A stretch of 64,000 bases of DNA from Mizuhopecten yessoensis. Lineage: Eukaryota. The translations under genes were made by a program, and so were the position numbers. Position 1 is the stretch's first letter; each line of letters begins with the position of its first letter. The notes beneath the pieces are model-generated. The model did no database searches. It was given only the letters and a program-made list of their open reading frames with translations, and was not told the origin of the DNA. The stretch is taken from the NCBI RefSeq assembly GCF_002113885.1, contig NW_018408922.1, positions 1,175,144-1,239,143 of the forward strand. Reading direction: 5' to 3'. Below are positions 12,037-23,370 of this stretch, piece after piece.

Positions 12037-15000
12037 CAAATGTGTATATTGCTTGTAATTTGAAATATCTATTACCACGACAATTTAGTTGAGTGTTGAT
12101 AGACATAATTCCGCCCTGTTTGTCATGTTTTATACAGTTGTAAGGAGATAAGGACGAGATCAAATAACTCTGAAACGTTTGTCCTTTGACTTAATCATTT
12201 AACAGAGAAACATATTGAGATGTATGTTTACCCCAAATCGAATACCAAAAGGTGTATGAGAAACCTTTAATATTTTGGAGAAGTGGGATGTATTAAAATC
12301 CAATATTATTTATACAAATCTTTAAATATATTAATAATAGAATATTATTTTAAATTTTTCCTTGCATAAACACATCTAGAGTTGGGATTATTTATTAATG
12401 GGGTATTCACTTCATATATACCACAGAACATGTCCTTCGTAGAGGGAGTGTCTTAATAAAACACCATGTTGAAAACTACAGTGCCTAGTCATAGTTTTCT
12501 ACCACAAGGGGTTGAGTATACGCTGAGGAAATATTCTAGTTGTTATCATTACTTGACTTCCAGTTGTGGGATTCAGCGGCGTTTGTGAAAACAAACACGT
12601 TTATTGTGTCTTAGGTGATTGGTTAACGACATAAGCTCATGTATGTGACATTATTGTTTATCATTAGGGCTTCGTTAGGGTGATTCTGTTGAAATGTACA
12701 TTTCTTAGTAAAGAATACGAAAACTTGATATTGTATATCAGGATATAGATAGTTCAGCACTCCTATTCGGGCAGGAAATCCTGAGGCTTTTTTCTCTTTA
12801 GACAAGCCTTGACAATAAATTTTTTCTGTAAAATGTATGTCCTTTTTCTCTACACACCTGTTAAGACAATTACAAGTTTCTGAATTTATAGAGAGTTACA
12901 ATAATAGGTTCTTTTGCAAAACAATATGTTAAAAAGCATCGTGACCTTAGCGCAGTAAGTGAGTTTAACAAACAATTGGCCGGGATCGATTTCCTGTAGC
13001 AGAGATATTTTGTATTAAGAAGAAATTATGATAAATATCTTTCGCTACAGTAAATGGACAAGCTTCTCTAAACGAGAAAAAAAGTCGCATATATTCGATT
13101 GATATATATGTACAACATGTTCCTTGTTGTTTCCTCAGCTCCTGTTTTTTTCATGACTACCTGGTTTCATATCCAGTTTCTTGTGATGGTGGATGGTCTT
13201 TCCTGTATTTTTGGTGCATCTGTCATTCCGCTAAAACGGGAGACACATCTGTGAAGGATGGGAGAAATGCTGATCATCGATCATTATAGCTGTTATGCAT
13301 TGCTAGTAAGAGGATATTAAAGGGAACAAGTTGTAACATATAATCGATTCATTTCGAACTCAAGATTTTAAATCTTTACTATTCAAATAGATATTAAATT
13401 TCTGCTTCAAACCACAAAACGATTTAAACACAGAACAATATTGTTTACAGTTAAAAACATGCAATCAAAACTTCTTTTTGTAACTTGCTGTCTATTTACA
13501 TATACAAATATTGTTGTCTACAAAATCACCGACATCAAAGATTGCAAAGTGTAAATAACACAATTACCGAGAAGTGTGTTTATCTAACAACTTGTAACGG
13601 TGAAACCCTCCGTATAGAACGCCATACGTAACCTGACATTTACAAACACAGAACCACATACCAAAGTCAAAGGAGAAATTTCGTTTTATCTGCGAACCAC
13701 CTAACATTATGTAAAACACGGTAGATATTAAGGTGTTACTTGAATTACAAAATGAATAAAACATGGAATGGTATTGCTTAATACCGGTATCAATTTTCCG
13801 TAAATGTATTGTATCGGAGTTTAAAATTCTATTCAAGAGTAGAAATTGTCAGTACTTGTTCTTTGGGATCCAAAGTCGCATAACATTATAACGTGAGTCA
13901 CTCATGCATCAATGACGACGCAAGAAAGCCAAGTAGATTACAATCAGTCATTTTGCTATCGTTTACATGTAATACGCGCCACATATCTTCAAAGGGGGGA
14001 CTTCATTCACATTCACCAGACTAAATGTACATTCCGTATCCAGATACGTATTTCTCTTCAGGTGAAAGAGCACTTCAGTTTATATTTATCAAATATTTAT
14101 CTAGAGGAAACATGGACATGCAGACCACAGGAGTAGGTAGTGTACGCTAGAATCGATAACGACACGCTCGTGCACTTGATGGTTAGATTTATTGACTTTT
14201 GGAATGTTTTTAAATTGATTTTTCCTTTGAAGTGGTTCAAACGTATTTCCTTCATTTTTCATATCCCATGTAGAAAATTTGTTTGTAACCAATCCGTATA
14301 CTGTTATGATCAATTGAGTTAGGATCGGAAATATGTATTAATCATATTCTTGTATGTTTTAATGGTTCAATAAGGCAATGAAGCAGACTCGATCCACTTA
14401 GTACATGTTAATGTATTAGAAAAGTCAGAAATTCGGTTGATGGTAAGAAAAAATATATACTTATACCTTAGTACCTTAGTTGCATTTCCGTTTAAGGTCT
14501 GTTTCTATTTATAACATTACTCTCATGCAGTATAAAAGTATGTGTATGCTATAATTTTCCTTTTAAAGTACGGGAGGCAATAACCAGACAGATAAATATA
14601 TATTGCGTGTTTTAATTGTAATGGCATATGATGACATTACACGCAAATAAATTATGTACATTTTTAGGGCTGTATGTATGGCAATATTTCGTTTGGTATG
14701 TTCGCGGTAAAAATATTAAGAGTGGCGTTATTTATTAGGACGTATTGCATAACTGACTTGACATACAGAGGACTGGAGGGCTTTGCGAAATCGACTACCG
14801 TAATTTTTTGCGTATTGTCCGCGGTCTATACAGTTTTTTTACGTTGAACAATGCCCTTAACGGGGTATCTGATGAAGTGGACATTATGTCGAAATGGTTT
14901 AAAAAAAACAAAAAAAACTGCGTGCAATGTGATTATAATCAAATCCAAAAATAAACATCTTCAGATATTGACAAAAACATAACAAAGTTACAGACATTCT

Positions 15001-16617
15001 TATGATTTATCATAGAATTTATGTATGAAAGTTGGTTCATATTACTGGCACTTAATTATATCGACTTTGTGGAGTACTTGAAAATTCGATTATTTACATA
15101 CATGTAGTTACATACAAAAGTAATAAGTACAGGTGAGAACAACATATATCTGACGTTAGAACTTTACGTTGTATTCCTTGTGTAAAACAAACAGTTCTTA
15201 AGTAGCCGGAGCGGGCAGCCTGCTGACGTTTTGTTCCTAAATATGATATTTTGAGAAGTGCGGGCAATTTAACGGAGCGGGCAATACACAAGATATAACA
15301 ATACTCGCGAATATACTTTGGTATCTTAATTGACGATTTTACAGTATACTAGTATGTATATTATATTAACTACATCTTCAATAAGATTCATCAGTGTGGA
15401 CATATGTAATATCAAAGTTTTACTTTTAACACAAACAATGTACCAATTTAACGTGTCGCGAAGTTTCAATACCGACTGGTCCATTTGTAAAAAGCTATGA
15501 CAGAGTGAGCGATTTATATTGTTTACCTGTACAACAATATTACGAAATCGTATATTACTTATGTTCGATAGAGAGCGTGTACACACTGTATACACTATAT
15601 TTAATACGCACATTGTGTAGGAAGTAAAACGTTGATATTGATTTAGCTACAGTTTTGATAAAGCTTTTTTTTCAATGGTTTTCTTTCTATATCTTATATA
15701 TTAACCCCCTAAATTAAAAATCCACAGACTATTTTTTTTCTTCAAATTCGGTATGAATAATGGTCATTTAGATTGTTTTGTATGGACGAGTTACATCAAC
15801 TATTAGGAATAATATTTTGTCTTGTTTTCTCCGATTTTCAACCTGTTCCACAATAATTGCACCAGAAATGCACTATCATGAAATTAAATAAAAAGTGTTT
15901 CATTACAAATACTAACACAAAAACAAATTTGTTTAACATAAGTAATTTTACTTTGTTTTTATCCTATGTTGATCTTGTCTGATAAGTTAAATAGCCACTT
16001 AAATCATATCTCTTAAATCATATCTTTTCCTTACAGGGTTTTGGGCAGATCTCTCGGAAGATCTCCAGGGGGCAACGAGTCCTTTTCAATCTATGTTTGC
16101 ATTCAAGCATTTAGCCAATCGCTAGCTTATCGACAAGACAGCCCTAACCTGTACATCTAAGACCAACCAGCACGGCACTCGACCAAAACTGTCAAAATGA
16201 TAATGGCGATCATACACGGGAAATATCTGAATTATATTTATCGATAGAAGGTGTAACAACACGATGACCGAAGCCATTGTTGAAGTGAAGTAGTGTGGAA
16301 ACACAAGCGAGATATTGTCAGTGTATTCAAGGACACATACGATTTTGATGGATAAGTGTTCACTCAATTATAACTAATTTTTAAATTCCTTCTCATAATA
16401 GGCACACATCTACCAGGTACTTCACAGTTAGCGTTAATTTTGCCACATGTTGAATTCTCCTTTACACTATGTGATTAGACGCTTACGTGGTTATTGAAAA
16501 GGAAAGGTGATTATCTTACCAATATTTCTTTAATTTTGAAAGTGTATATATTGACAAAAGAACATTTGTTTAGGTATTTGTACAAACTTTCTTTGGCAAA
16601 AGATAATTATTTTGACA

Positions 16618-18402
16618 ATGGGTTCGGACAAAGAGAACTCGGAGGTTAGAAACAGTAATTTGAATAAACCCAAGAACAACAAACGCATATCGAGTGGTAA
16701 AAAAAGGAGAGCGAGGGACAGTAATCATGTTGTTAGGCCGGTAACATTACAGGAACACCAGTCGAGAAAACAGAAGATATCGACAGAGAAAACCGGACCG
16801 GTTCGTAATGTGACCACTCTAGAAGGTTCTTCAGATTCAGAAAGTACAAACAGGGAGGCTGTAACCGGTGAACGTGAAACAACGAACGCAGGTTCATTAA
16901 CAGAGAATTCAAAAAAGTTGGAAATTCATGTTGATTTGAGGCTAGATCTCTGCCAGGAGACAAACGCTTCGGTTGAAGAAGCCGAAGAAATAGTCGCAAG
17001 TGCAAATGAAAGAGACGCAGTGACATGTGATAACAGAAGAGACACAAAAAACCCAAATCGTTGTCAAACAAAGTCGATTGCTCGCAAGGATTCCTCATTA
17101 GATGTGATAAATGAGGAAAAGGAAACAAATACCTGTCAAAATGTTATTATCAGGAACGAAACTCTCAAACGGGAAATAACCTTTGACGAGCTAGTGTTAG
17201 ATGATAGCGAGATATTGAGGACGAGTACTCCCACGGGTGATTCTTCTGTACGCTCTCGCGTAAGACCAAAAACTTGTTCATCAGTTGCAAAACGGAAAGG
17301 CTCATTTGGAGCATTTGGAAGACCTAAATCGTCTTTCACTCCAAGGACAGTAAAATATTCTGAAACATGTAGTCCAGCTTCGTGCTGTCAGTTTAGTGAT
17401 TTTGTCAATCGTCCAGCCACTTCACGCTCATATCGTCCGTCAACGGGAAATACAAACATGTCAAATTCCCCAAGAAGAAATATGGAAACTAGGAGATCAT
17501 TCAAGATAACAAAAGAAGATCTGGAACATTCTCTTCCGAAAACGAGTTTCTTTAATTGCCACGATAAGGTCCTAAAGGATGCAGGAATCGAGGTTGAGGA
17601 GGTTTCACCTCTTGGTGCAAAAAAGCGACAGTTCATGCAGCTATTACAGCAAAGAAATAAAGACAGAATAGAAAAGGATAAGGCAAGAAAAATACCTCCA
17701 CCGAAAGTGTTGGGCATGCTGGAACTGTACGAACTGGAATGTAGCCAAGATGACTCAAATACTTCATCTTTAGTTAGCTTTGAAGATCAACAATCGAACA
17801 ACAAAAGCAAGAAAAATGCTAAATCCAGGAAAAAGGGTGATCTTGACGAGGAAGAAATACGTGTTGATTATCAACTGCTGCTGATATACCTTAGGTATGT
17901 GAAAGCCAACCCAGCGGAATTCCTTCAGTATCACAAGAAACACGCGGCGTCAGTAAACCTTGTAAACGTCAGACAAGGAGATTCACTCGTGAAATTAGGA
18001 GGTATATTCCAGCGTGGTCGACATGGAGTTTCCACAGAGAACATTCTTGTGAAAGCCGTGCATGAAATTAGGCCACGATTCACGGATCCAGGGCAGTGGG
18101 CTAGTGCAAATAAGGAGAAAGAGCTGCTAGCTCTAACGTCCACGAAAAAGGAAAATGCCATTCCTCCAAAAACGGAACAAACCAAAAAGGAAACAGCGAG
18201 TAACCAGGAAGAACCAAAAACAGAATATGAAAGGATTAAAATCAAACTTGATGGATGGCTAAAAACAGTGACAACAGCACAACTAAATAAAGCGAAGGAG
18301 CTGGCCCTTCGGGAGTTAGGGCAGGAGGACATATCACTCTCTAGATGGTGGGTCTCGCTGAAATCATGTAACTATATAAGACAGAGAGGTCACAAAGTTT
18401 AG
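16618..18402 (+). CDS. Uncharacterised intronless basic/disordered protein, 594 aa, with helical C-terminal region ending RWWVSLKSCNYIR
   Basis: 1.8-kb ORF in AT-rich DNA. First ATG is at 16618 in ACAATGG context; the track start at 16612 is TTG. K/R/S/T/E-rich with five RPx[ST] motifs. Confidence 0.88.
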   Translation: MGSDKENSEVRNSNLNKPKNNKRISSGKKRRARDSNHVVRPVTLQEHQSRKQKISTEKTGPVRNVTTLEGSSDSESTNREAVTGERETTNAGSLTENSKKLEIHVDLRLDLCQETNASVEEAEEIVASANERDAVTCDNRRDTKNPNRCQTKSIARKDSSLDVINEEKETNTCQNVIIRNETLKREITFDELVLDDSEILRTSTPTGDSSVRSRVRPKTCSSVAKRKGSFGAFGRPKSSFTPRTVKYSETCSPASCCQFSDFVNRPATSRSYRPSTGNTNMSNSPRRNMETRRSFKITKEDLEHSLPKTSFFNCHDKVLKDAGIEVEEVSPLGAKKRQFMQLLQQRNKDRIEKDKARKIPPPKVLGMLELYELECSQDDSNTSSLVSFEDQQSNNKSKKNAKSRKKGDLDEEEIRVDYQLLLIYLRYVKANPAEFLQYHKKHAASVNLVNVRQGDSLVKLGGIFQRGRHGVSTENILVKAVHEIRPRFTDPGQWASANKEKELLALTSTKKENAIPPKTEQTKKETASNQEEPKTEYERIKIKLDGWLKTVTTAQLNKAKELALRELGQEDISLSRWWVSLKSCNYIRQRGHKV

Positions 18403-18534
18403 GCTATTGAGAAAAAATACCTCACAGAATTATAAATTATAATGGAATAGCATTATTAAGCACCTTATATTTGATGACGTACGGGAGATTGTAACGCAAG
18501 TAGTTAGATTTTGTGTTGATGATTAAACTATACA

Positions 18535-18770
18535 TACTGTAAAAATTGGATCTTTTCGTGATGTGGGAATGTTTGCGTTATGACTCTTTAAACAAATCAG
18601 GGATTAAACATTTTCTTCTGAACTGATTGTTTAGAAATCTGTATATCCTATATATCTTTAATCTAAATAATATATTAATTTATATTTGCATTTGGATATT
18701 TTCGCGAAAATTACTGAACGTGAAAAACGCTTACATTTCCACACCGCAAACATTTCTATTTTTTATAGTA
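18535..18770. mobile_element. TA-flanked MITE (Tc1/mariner-like non-autonomous element)
   Basis: Ends TACTGTAAAAATTGGATCTTTTCGTGATGTGGGAATGT and ACATTTCCACACCGCAAACATTTCTATTTTTTATAGTA are degenerate inverted repeats. Related right ends lie near 61068 and 63710. Confidence 0.6.
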
Positions 18771-19389
18771 GTATGACATATATATATAAAGTTAATTTGA
18801 AAATTTTGGTAAATATGCTATTTACATCATGTTTCTTGCTCCACACTTATCGTAAATGTCCATATTTTTTATACCTCAAAACAGGGGTATTGCACAGTTC
18901 ATTACCCTGTAACACGCACGATTAACTATTCCATTACGATAAAGTAAAGGTTCATGTACTTCACAATTCATAGACACATTATGTAAATGTACTTCATTCC
19001 AATCTCGGCACATGTTATCCTTATGTTTTTGCATTGTCCCAATTCATATATTTAAAAACATAATTGTATTTTTGTGTTAGGGAGGATTATACAAATGATT
19101 ATGCAATTCATGCATATAGTCGGGCCTTAATGCTTTCGTAACAGGGAAGAACCGTGAACATTTTTATTTCCTCACTTAGTGATTATGATAACGTGCCAAA
19201 TTAACTTGACAGCTATATATCCTGTCACACCTGATTTGATATAGAAATTGCCAGTGCTTGTCTATTTCCATATCTGGCTTCCCCAATTATAAACTTCTAT
19301 ACGCCTTTGATTGAATTAGGTAGATACAATTTACGTGTATTCTGTGTACAGGTACATACTGTCGTTGCTAACCGTTCTTCTCCGCTTAA

Positions 19390-20420
19390 CATGTAGTCTG
19401 TGATAAATTGTCTTGTAAAGACATACATGTATGTGATACAGTATGTCTTACATTTCCTTCTGTGTATCTAGTTTAAAGACACATGCTGTAAAGTCTGTCT
19501 TACATTCCCGTTTGTAAGTTAGTGTAAAGGTATATGTGGTAGATTTTCTCGAAGTTACTTCTGAATGTCTTGTATAAAGGTACACGTTTTTGAGCCTGTC
19601 TTATGTTTCCTTATATGTGTCTAGTGTAAAAACACACATATAGTTGAGCTTTCCTTACATTACACTATGTGGATCTACTGTAAAGACACATACTGTATAT
19701 ACTGTCTTACATACAGTCTCCTCTTTGTTTCTGGTATAAAGACACACGTTGTAGAGATTGTCTTATATTCCCTTCTGTGTGGCTAGTGTTAAGACACACG
19801 CTGGAGAGCATGGTTTACGTTCCCTTCTGTGTGTGCGGTGTAAAGACACATATTTGAGAGCCCATTCTTCTTTCTGTATGTCATGTGTAAACACACCCGT
19901 TGTAAAGTCTTTCAGATGTTCTCCTCTGTGTTTCTGGTATGAAGACAGATGTTGAAAATCGTTCTAACTTTCCATTCTGCGTGTCTGACAAATGTATGTG
20001 AAGACACATGCTAGGGAGCCTGGTTTATGTTCCCGTCTGTGTGTCTGGTATTAAGTCGCACGTTTGAGAACCTGGTTTACGTTCTCTTCTGTGTATCAGA
20101 TACAAAGACAAGCGTTGCAGAGGCAGTCATTATATTTGTTTCTGGTGAAAAGACACACGTTGTAGAGATTGTTGAACATTTCCTCCTGTGTGTCTAGTGT
20201 GAAGACACACGCTAGATAGTCTGTTTTATGTTCCCCTCTGTGTGTCTGGTATGAAGACGCACGTTTGAGAATCTGGCTTGCGTTCCATTCTGTGTGTCAG
20301 ATGTAAAGACACAAATTGTAGAGGCTGTCTTAGATTTGCGTCTGGTGAAAAGACACACGTTGTAGGGCCTGTCTTGCATTAACTATTTATCTGTCAGTTG
20401 TAAAGACATACGTTGTAGTA
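19390..20420 (+). repeat. Degenerate ~52-bp minisatellite, about 20 units, with a 200-bp higher-order period
   Basis: Consensus is approximately TGTAAAGACACACGTTGTAGAGCCTGTCTTACATTCCCTTCTGTGTGTCTAG. TCTGGTGAAAAGACACACGTTGTAG recurs at 20141 and 20341. Confidence 0.9.
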
Positions 20421-20980
20421 AGTGATATATTAACTCTTCCATCTGTCTGATTTACCTTTCATAGTAAACATAACATACTACCCTAAGTTGAAACCTAGTA
20501 ATTAGGTAGAGACCACGGCAAAGAGTTATTTTATATAGACCATCATATAGCAGACGTTCAAATATTGTATTAAGTACCATATAGCACAGTTAAACACTTC
20601 AGTCAATAAATAACAAACTTTATCATTTAGGATTCATTATTTAAACTTACACGTTTATAAACATTGCCATATTTGTTATAATTTTCAAATATGATTATTA
20701 TGGTATACTTTTACAATTCATATATTTACTTAACACAGATTAAGAGACACCTTTCTATACAGATTATACTATGTATAGAAACGTGTCTGGTTTCTCGGTT
20801 AAACCTGTGCTTTTTTTTATTTGTTATCACGTTTTGAATCCACTTTGTGAACCAGTTTGAATAAATTGAGTACATTTACGAAAATTTGCATTAATTATCT
20901 AGACATAATATATGCAATTTTACCTCAATAAGGTTTAATTGGATTCAACAGCGTATATTAAAAGCAAATGTACGTGGTTC

Positions 20981-20998
20981 TATATATATATATATATA

Positions 20999-21033
<35 letters not shown>
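20981..21033 (+). repeat. Compound (TA)n(GT)n microsatellite
   Basis: Read directly from the sequence. Confidence 0.95.
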
Positions 21034-21036
<3 letters not shown>

Positions 21037-23109
21037 ATTTCCAATCACGACTGATTTTATTCAAATACATTGCTATACTATTTTATTTTTTTAAAGATCT
21101 AACAATAGTTCAAATTGGATACATAATATCAATCGACTGTATCAGAATAGATAAAAACACAAACTCCTTTGTGTGATATCCTGTATAAGGTGATCGGTGT
21201 TTTTTCAACATACAAGGAGATTTTCATAATGCTGCTACTCAAACTCAAAACTCTTTCGACAGGTGACTAAGTGATTCTGCTTTGTTGACTTATGAATTAT
21301 GAAAGAAACAAGCTGGAGTCTCAAAAAGGTAGTAAAAATGTAAGTGTATCTCCACTTATCGGTAAACAGCTTCAAGGAATAGTGTTATCTCTTTAAAGTA
21401 AAGAGCGTTCTCCTGAAAGTGATAAATATTTTTGTGTTTATTATAATGATTTGTATTTTGTTCTGTTGAAAGTAAGGAATTCGGTTGCATGAAATAAATT
21501 GGTTCACAAAAGAAAGGAAGTAATGTTTTGTTTATTGTTTATCTGTGTACCGTGTTAATCATAGCAGCGGGTATCCTTTGGGTATTCTAGATCGGTTAAA
21601 CGGAATGAATGTCAGATCTCGTGTCTAGGAAGGAAATAATATATGGTCATGGCTTAAAGAGTAATTGCTTAAAATTATTTCATATTGATCTTTAATGCAC
21701 AAATGCTGATAAAAACAGGGAAACACATATTTGACTGCCAGGTAAAATTCCCGAATAAATGCATCCTTGTTTTTTTTCTGAAAGAGCAAATACATAGATA
21801 AACATAGCAATATATAAGTGCGAATAAGAAAATGCATATTGAGCAAGGGTGCGTGTCATATACTCAAGTACGTAGGCGAACGCGAGATTATATTGATTTG
21901 GAGTTAAAACACTGATATATCCATGTATTAAGTTCAAGAGTTCAAAAAGCAATAAAGGTATTCATTATCTGAGTGCTGCACTGTTAGTTTCAGTTAAAAA
22001 AAAAAGACGTTTTAAATATGAGTATGCGCAAGATCTAATCTTCATCACGTATAATATCCTTAAAGCGATCAAAACCCAATTATATAGCGATAAAATAAAA
22101 TATAAATCATATATATAACATCAAAATTACAACATTACTTGTAACTAATAAAAGACTGAACAACACACTTCTGCAAACTAAGGTGTAAATAGGAATAGGG
22201 TTTATTAGTCACCTTATCAGGATATTTGCTTTACCATCAGACGATATCTCCACTCCCTCTTAGGCTCGAGTAAGAATGCATGCACTAAGCCAAGAGTATT
22301 TGTTTTTAATTAAAGCACCGCACCCACCATATCCTTGGTTTAAAAGGGAAGTCAGGATTATAAAGCATCGTACATAAGTAATTGATGTACTGATGTCATC
22401 AATGCTAAGAGTTTCGATCAACCAATTTTCCCAAATTTAGAGTATGCACTTGTTATTCAAAAGGTTGCACTCTGCTATTTGACAGCGGATCATTCATTTC
22501 CAATAAGTGCACAAAATAAATACGTCATTACTTTTAGTAAAAGCAATACGTGCAAAGGTTGATTTATTTTATAGAAGATAATGAAAGTTTGTTATAAACT
22601 ACGAATGTATTTAATTATACTTTGAGTTAGAGACAGCAGTGCACCTCTCCGGCAATATCAACAACAACACGATTCTTTAATTTGTTTGAAACTGTTCCAA
22701 ATATCTACAAGAGACTCAGTTCACATACCAAGATTAAACATTCAGGGTCATTTTTATGACTAACACAAAATTACACCACCAGAAACCTAGCAGACTCTGA
22801 AACAAAGGGAAAGAGTACACCCATCCACGAAAGAGTGAAACCGAGACCATGATCCGAAACTGTAATCGTTTTCTACTTGGAACCTGGCATGGTGTTACAT
22901 GTGATCATATCAATGATTTCACAAATATACCTGGGTCATTGTTCACATCACTGAGTTAAGAGAAAATGCTTTTTATTCTTTTGGTTTGGTTTATTTTACA
23001 CCTTATACAAAACATCTTTTGTAAATAATACAAATCAGAACACCGACACTTTCCATCAGGAATAGAAATTATCTAAATATTATAGAAAATGATTATCTAT
23101 TTCAAGTCA

Positions 23110-23370
23110 TCCACTTCAAAAGGGGAATAACTCTTACTGCATATGGTCAATATTTTCAGTAAAAAGATGACACAAAACGAAAACAAAGTAAATAACTAAG
23201 AAAGAAATAATATGGAGTTCTCAGAATTTTCAGGTTCCTTGAATGATTACAGCAGTTCTGTAAGGAGAAATATGTATCTTAAAAGTAAACTTTAAAGTAA
23301 ACAAGATTTCGACGCCAGCAAAATAATTCACAATTGTACATTTACTGAGTTTCACCTGTCTGGTGATATA
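23110..23370 (+). mobile_element. Degenerate HINE/Helentron fragment
   Basis: AAAAGGGGAATAACTCT monomer motif and terminal hairpin TCACCTGTCTGGTGA. Confidence 0.45.

Noticed and set aside
14865-14900. CTGATGAAG..GACATTATGTC GAAA hammerhead-like string
   Set aside because: No flanking stems; likely chance.
16733-18332. Antisense ORFs over the 594-aa gene (and similar ones over the 29035 and 44988 genes)
   Set aside because: Shadow ORFs from the codon structure of the real CDS; no recognisable motifs.
19390-20420. CRISPR-like or C2H2 zinc-finger array (KTHAGEH peptide in the ORF at 19758)
   Set aside because: Whole units are homologous, with no unique spacers, and there are no cas genes. The 52-bp period is neither a multiple of 3 nor the 84-bp zinc-finger period.
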